DNA of 64,000 nucleotides. Origin: Eledone cirrhosa. Taxonomy: Eukaryota. The notes beneath the pieces are model-generated. The model was not told where the DNA came from. It did not search any database and saw nothing but the letters and a program-made list of their open reading frames with translations. Location of the stretch: positions 166,346,001 through 166,410,000 of the forward strand of contig OZ024740.1 of the NCBI GenBank assembly GCA_964016885.1, read 5' to 3'. The translations under genes were made by a program, and so were the position numbers. How positions within the stretch are numbered: the stretch's first letter is position 1; each line of letters begins with the position of its first letter. This document shows positions 62,781 to 64,000 of the stretch, piece by piece.

Positions 62781-63065
62781 GTGAGGAAGATGAAAGACCA
62801 AGGGAGCACCCCTTCTCTGTGCTCCTGAGGAAAAGAGTTGCAAACTTTTTTTCGGGGGTGTGTGCGACCCCACAAGACGCCTCCTTGAGGACTTTGAGGA
62901 CTTTGTTATGAATTTTATTTTTTGTTATATTTTATTTTATTTTTATATATTGTTATTGCCTCCTCCTTATTGAGGACGCCTTGTTTTGTAAACTACCCCC
63001 ATTGTACTTGTCCCACCTTTGATACCCTGGTGGCAAATAAAAGAAACATATCTATCTATCTATCT

Positions 63066-64000
63066 CTGGGATGGACACATGTGATTAACTTGCTCGGTAA
63101 GTTTTGTTTAAATTTCTTTAGAAATTTGTCATTGTGAACTTTTATTTTTATACCAATGGGTAGAGGGACTGACAGGTCAAATTTTGATCTGGTCAGTCTC
63201 CCAAAATATCGTGCCCCTCAGGGCAAAAACAACCAAAATATTTTCGAAAAAAAATGTTTGCAAAACACTTCAATTTTTAAAAAATGGCTGAAGCAAAGGC
63301 ACCTACTTCATTGTCAATACAAGAAGATGGGAAGGGAAAGCCATGCCTACTTGACCAGCAGATAGTTTCAGACATGGACAAAGGAATGCCAACATTATCG
63401 CCTCAACATTTAGAAGTGGAACAAGCTTCAGCTGCTTGTAAGCAACAGAACACGCTTGACGTCACAAACGTCCCATGTATCCACACACAGAAGGAAAAAT
63501 GTCGAGCAAACACTAACACCACCACAACCAACAACAACAACAACACAATAAATGAGAACAACAGCAATGCAACAAAAGGAATCAGTGGCAACACAACGAA
63601 TGAGACCATCATCTCCACCAACAATAACAATAACAAAATTTAATTTGCAGCAACAGTTGCTAAGCAACAGGATTTTAAATACTACTCCATAGACATTTCC
63701 CTAAAGTCCCAATATTTGGAAGAAGCTTCCAACTATGTGACGTTTGAGGGAGACACCCCACACATACACTACACCCCCACAAGTAAGAGAAATGACACAG
63801 AAAAAGAAACTAATTTATAGAACAGTTGACATCACTACCAAAAAACCCATAACGCTCCCAACAAGCACTATTGGAGCTGCACTAAAAGATATCAAGCCAG
63901 AGTGGCATACCTCCAAAGAGCTAAACAGTCTGGAAGTGTGTCAGTGATCTTTAAGAGCGAAACTCTGGTACAAAAACACTCGGTTCACCCAATAAAAACG
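63066..64000 (+). mobile_element. Tx1-clade LINE copy 3, 5' end (runs off the window)
   Basis: gatggacacatgtg...gctcggtaagttt...agagggactg...caggtcaaattttgatctggtcagtctc matches 57188-57320; ORF1 start MAEA at 63284. Confidence 0.85.

Larger units (their letters stand above)
57183..63047 (+). mobile_element. Tx1-clade LINE, full-length but disrupted copy 2
   Basis: 5' UTR, ORF1 from ATG 57404 (broken), ORF2 with APE-RT-zinc finger, and a 3' UTR homologous to copy 1. Confidence 0.92.

Overview
Very AT-rich, microsatellite-laden eukaryotic DNA. The SINE family and (TA)n/(CA)n content suggest a cephalopod such as Octopus (inference). No host gene is confidently visible; the window is almost all mobile DNA. 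It holds a near-intact 5'-truncated CR1-group LINE (14.65-17.58 kb), a decayed R4/Dong-like RT fragment, a non-autonomous Helitron, several tRNA-derived SINEs, three head-to-tail Tx1-clade LINEs on (CTAT)n (54.86-64 kb) and three 3' fragments of a Penelope-like element (PLE) with a GIY-YIG endonuclease, two of which form a 4.2-kb palindrome. The main signal is invisible in the ORF track: about 20 type I hammerhead ribozyme (HHR) motifs from several unrelated sequence families, mostly in or near kilobase (TA)n tracts. The ~591-bp tandem array (33.3-43.9 kb, 11 units plus a partial) has one HHR per unit with a compensatory U3-A8 core (UUGAUAA instead of CUGANGA) and a palindromic stem III. A second 472-bp repeat has a textbook HHR. 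Both look like retrozymes (non-coding, ribozyme-processed retroelements probably mobilised by PLEs). Most other HHR-bearing insertions are tail-out fold-back duplications. All structures were read by eye; none was folded computationally or tested, and novelty needs database checks.
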